NCBI RefSeq assembly: GCF_000143415.4
Contig: NW_003314326.1
Coordinates: 682,001-746,000 of the forward strand
Length of the DNA stretch: 64,000 bases
Reading direction: 5' to 3'
Source: Selaginella moellendorffii
Taxonomy: Eukaryota; Plantae; Lycopodiophyta
A program made the translations under genes and the position numbers. This document shows, piece by piece, positions 61,986 through 64,000 of this stretch; the first letter of the stretch is position 1, and each line of letters opens with the position of its first letter. The notes beneath the pieces were generated by a model, which worked only from the letters and a program-made list of their open reading frames with translations, ran no database searches and was not told the DNA's origin.

Positions 61986-62947
61986 GAGCACAAAAACAAG
62001 AACATTACTCTCAGAAGTGATTTGCATTGCTATGTTTTTGAGAGGCAATTGCACATTGCATTGCATGAAGATACTCTTGAAAAGTTGTATTTCTGGATGT
62101 TTTTTAACATCTTCTTGCTTTCTAACCTTTCATGTTATGCATAGACCTCAAGAGTCATATCTATTAGCATGTTGGGCCAAAGAAGAGGAATAAGGATAGA
62201 GTTGCTGACACATATAGGATTTGGTGAAAAGATTGATTAAGACTTTCCAAGGGAAAATTTAGGGAAGTTGATTGGAGTAGGCCATGCATGATCATTAGAC
62301 ATGTGCTCAAGAACACTCTTACTTTTTAAAACTGTGCCAAATACAATCTAAAATGAGATTTAATCAAGCTATATCAATAATGGAGAACCAAATGATTGCA
62401 AAACCAGTGTACTGGATTCTTATTGCATGGTGCCACCTTCTATTAAAAAATATTATTCATCCTCAACTCTTCCAAGTTAGTAGTTTCACTCTAGTTCTCA
62501 AGAACCTGCTCACAATAGTGACCAACTGCAGGGCAAAGCATGATTAATTGGGCATTTACTTGCTTTCTTTTGCATATGCTTAAGAGTTTTTGGCCTTGGT
62601 TTTCATATATACACAACTTACAATTTGCCATATCGAGACTTGCATCTATATATATATAACTTTGATGATCCCTAATTGAAGTATTAAAAGGCACCCTAAG
62701 AAGCATATGTCAAAGATATTGGGTTCACACATTTGGGATATAGACTATACATACTAGCATATTCTATAGTATATATAGAAGTATATTTCTAGGGTTTCTC
62801 ATAGTTGAAGGGTATATACTAGCATATCTTATAGTATATATAGAAGTATATTTCTAGGGTTTCTCGTGGAGAGAGTTCACATCATATTCTATGCAAAATC
62901 AAATACTCTCATTAGGCTTCATTAGAATATGAGGTTAACATATCTAG

Positions 62948-63692
62948 TATAAGTTTTTAAATTTAAATTTCCCAAAAAGTCACCCAACCCAAATAGTACT
63001 CTAACCCAAAGACACTTAACCCAAAGTGTCTTAAAAGGTCATCCAACTCAGTAATCCAATATTATTTAAACCCAAAGACACTTAACCTTAAGTATTTTAG
63101 GACTCATAACCAATTGAAAAAAGGGTGCACTCTTATTCATTGGCCCTTTTCTTCTATATTTGAATTTTTATGGATTATTTTTCGAGTTGTTTCTTTTAAT
63201 TGCTTACAATTCATAACACTTCTTTACAAGTTTATACCTTCGTGAATAGAAACTAAAAGCCGCAGCCCTTCTAAAAGCCCTACTCTCTTGACATTCTACC
63301 CCTTAAGTTGAGTCCAGCTAGAGGCAAATTTAATCTATCAGATGTTAATCTCAATATGTGGTGTGATTCTATAGTTAGTCAATAGAGTCGGACTTAACAC
63401 TTTACCTATCGAGTTGAACCTAACTAAAGGCAAATTAAATTTACCAAATATCAATTTTAATATATAGTGTAATTCCCTTAGCTAACCAACAAAATCAAAC
63501 TTGAGATCACTCTGATACCAAATGTAAACTCTTGAATTTGGACTTCTTAGGAAACTCAGTATTTAAGAATGTTTAATTCGAAATATCCCAAAACCCTTAA
63601 CCAATTAAAAAAGTGCCTGCACTTTTATTCATAGGCCCTTTTTCTTTATATTTAAACCCTTGTAAATCATTTCTTAAGTCATTCTATTTGAT
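62948..63692 (-). mobile_element. Heavily mutated Cassandra TRIM
   Basis: LTR-like 62948-63208 and 63523-~63692, PBS rc CTCTGATACCA before 63523. Aligns with 14164-14713, mostly through C>T and G>A changes. Confidence 0.8.
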
Positions 63693-64000
63693 TATTGATT
63701 TTGAAACTTTTAGATAACACTCTTCTCCAATATCTCTTTTTTGCCTATTTTGATCTTGATCTCCTTTGGTGACTAACATTGAGCAAGAATCTTGATTAGA
63801 CATATATATTAACATACTTCTTAAGTCAGTCAATTATCATAATACAAAGATTGTTTGAGGGATTTATATAAGTAAGAAAGAAATATATAGGAAGTAGTAG
63901 AAAGATAAAAGTGATAGAAACAGAGATAAAAGTTGAGGGATGAAGTAAAACAAAAATGAGATTGATATTATTGCTGCCCGTGTTTAAAAGTAAGGGCAAG

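Noticed and set aside
62751-62865. ~65-bp tandem duplication
   Set aside because: Two AT-rich copies with no further structure; an ordinary local duplication.

Overview
Eukaryotic, TE-dense plant DNA. A non-seed plant, probably the lycophyte Selaginella, is inferred from 50-70 bp introns, TTTAGGG repeats and a Tcn1-like chromovirus. The middle (about 12.9-41.6 kb) is an old, AT-eroded non-chromoviral Ty3/gypsy element on the minus strand, split by three insertions whose TSDs can be read. (i) A Tcn1/Tf1-type chromovirus at 13453-23112 (TSD CATTT) with a self-priming PBS. It contains a 5S-bearing Cassandra TRIM, which in turn contains a Cassandra/chromovirus chimera. (ii) A non-coding LARD-like LTR element at 23945-31115. 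(iii) An 8.0-kb TIR DNA transposon at 33265-41264, the most unusual object here. It encodes a Sola1-like DDE transposase and, divergently, a ParB/Srx-like protein, and carries about 17 copies of a 22-bp palindrome (consensus ATGGCRTGWGGCCWCAYGCCAT), concentrated in introns and non-coding DNA and not seen outside the element. This is a candidate ParB/parS-like or VANC-like self-recognition system. Host-derived sequences: an intact 10-Cys hevein-like peptide gene, a RED/SMU2 pseudogene split by a 2.3-kb inversion, a doubly truncated FIP37/WTAP copy and a BAHD acyltransferase remnant. A 3'-truncated chromovirus (54317-61040) holds a second TRIM. All family assignments come from motif recognition by eye; no searches were run.
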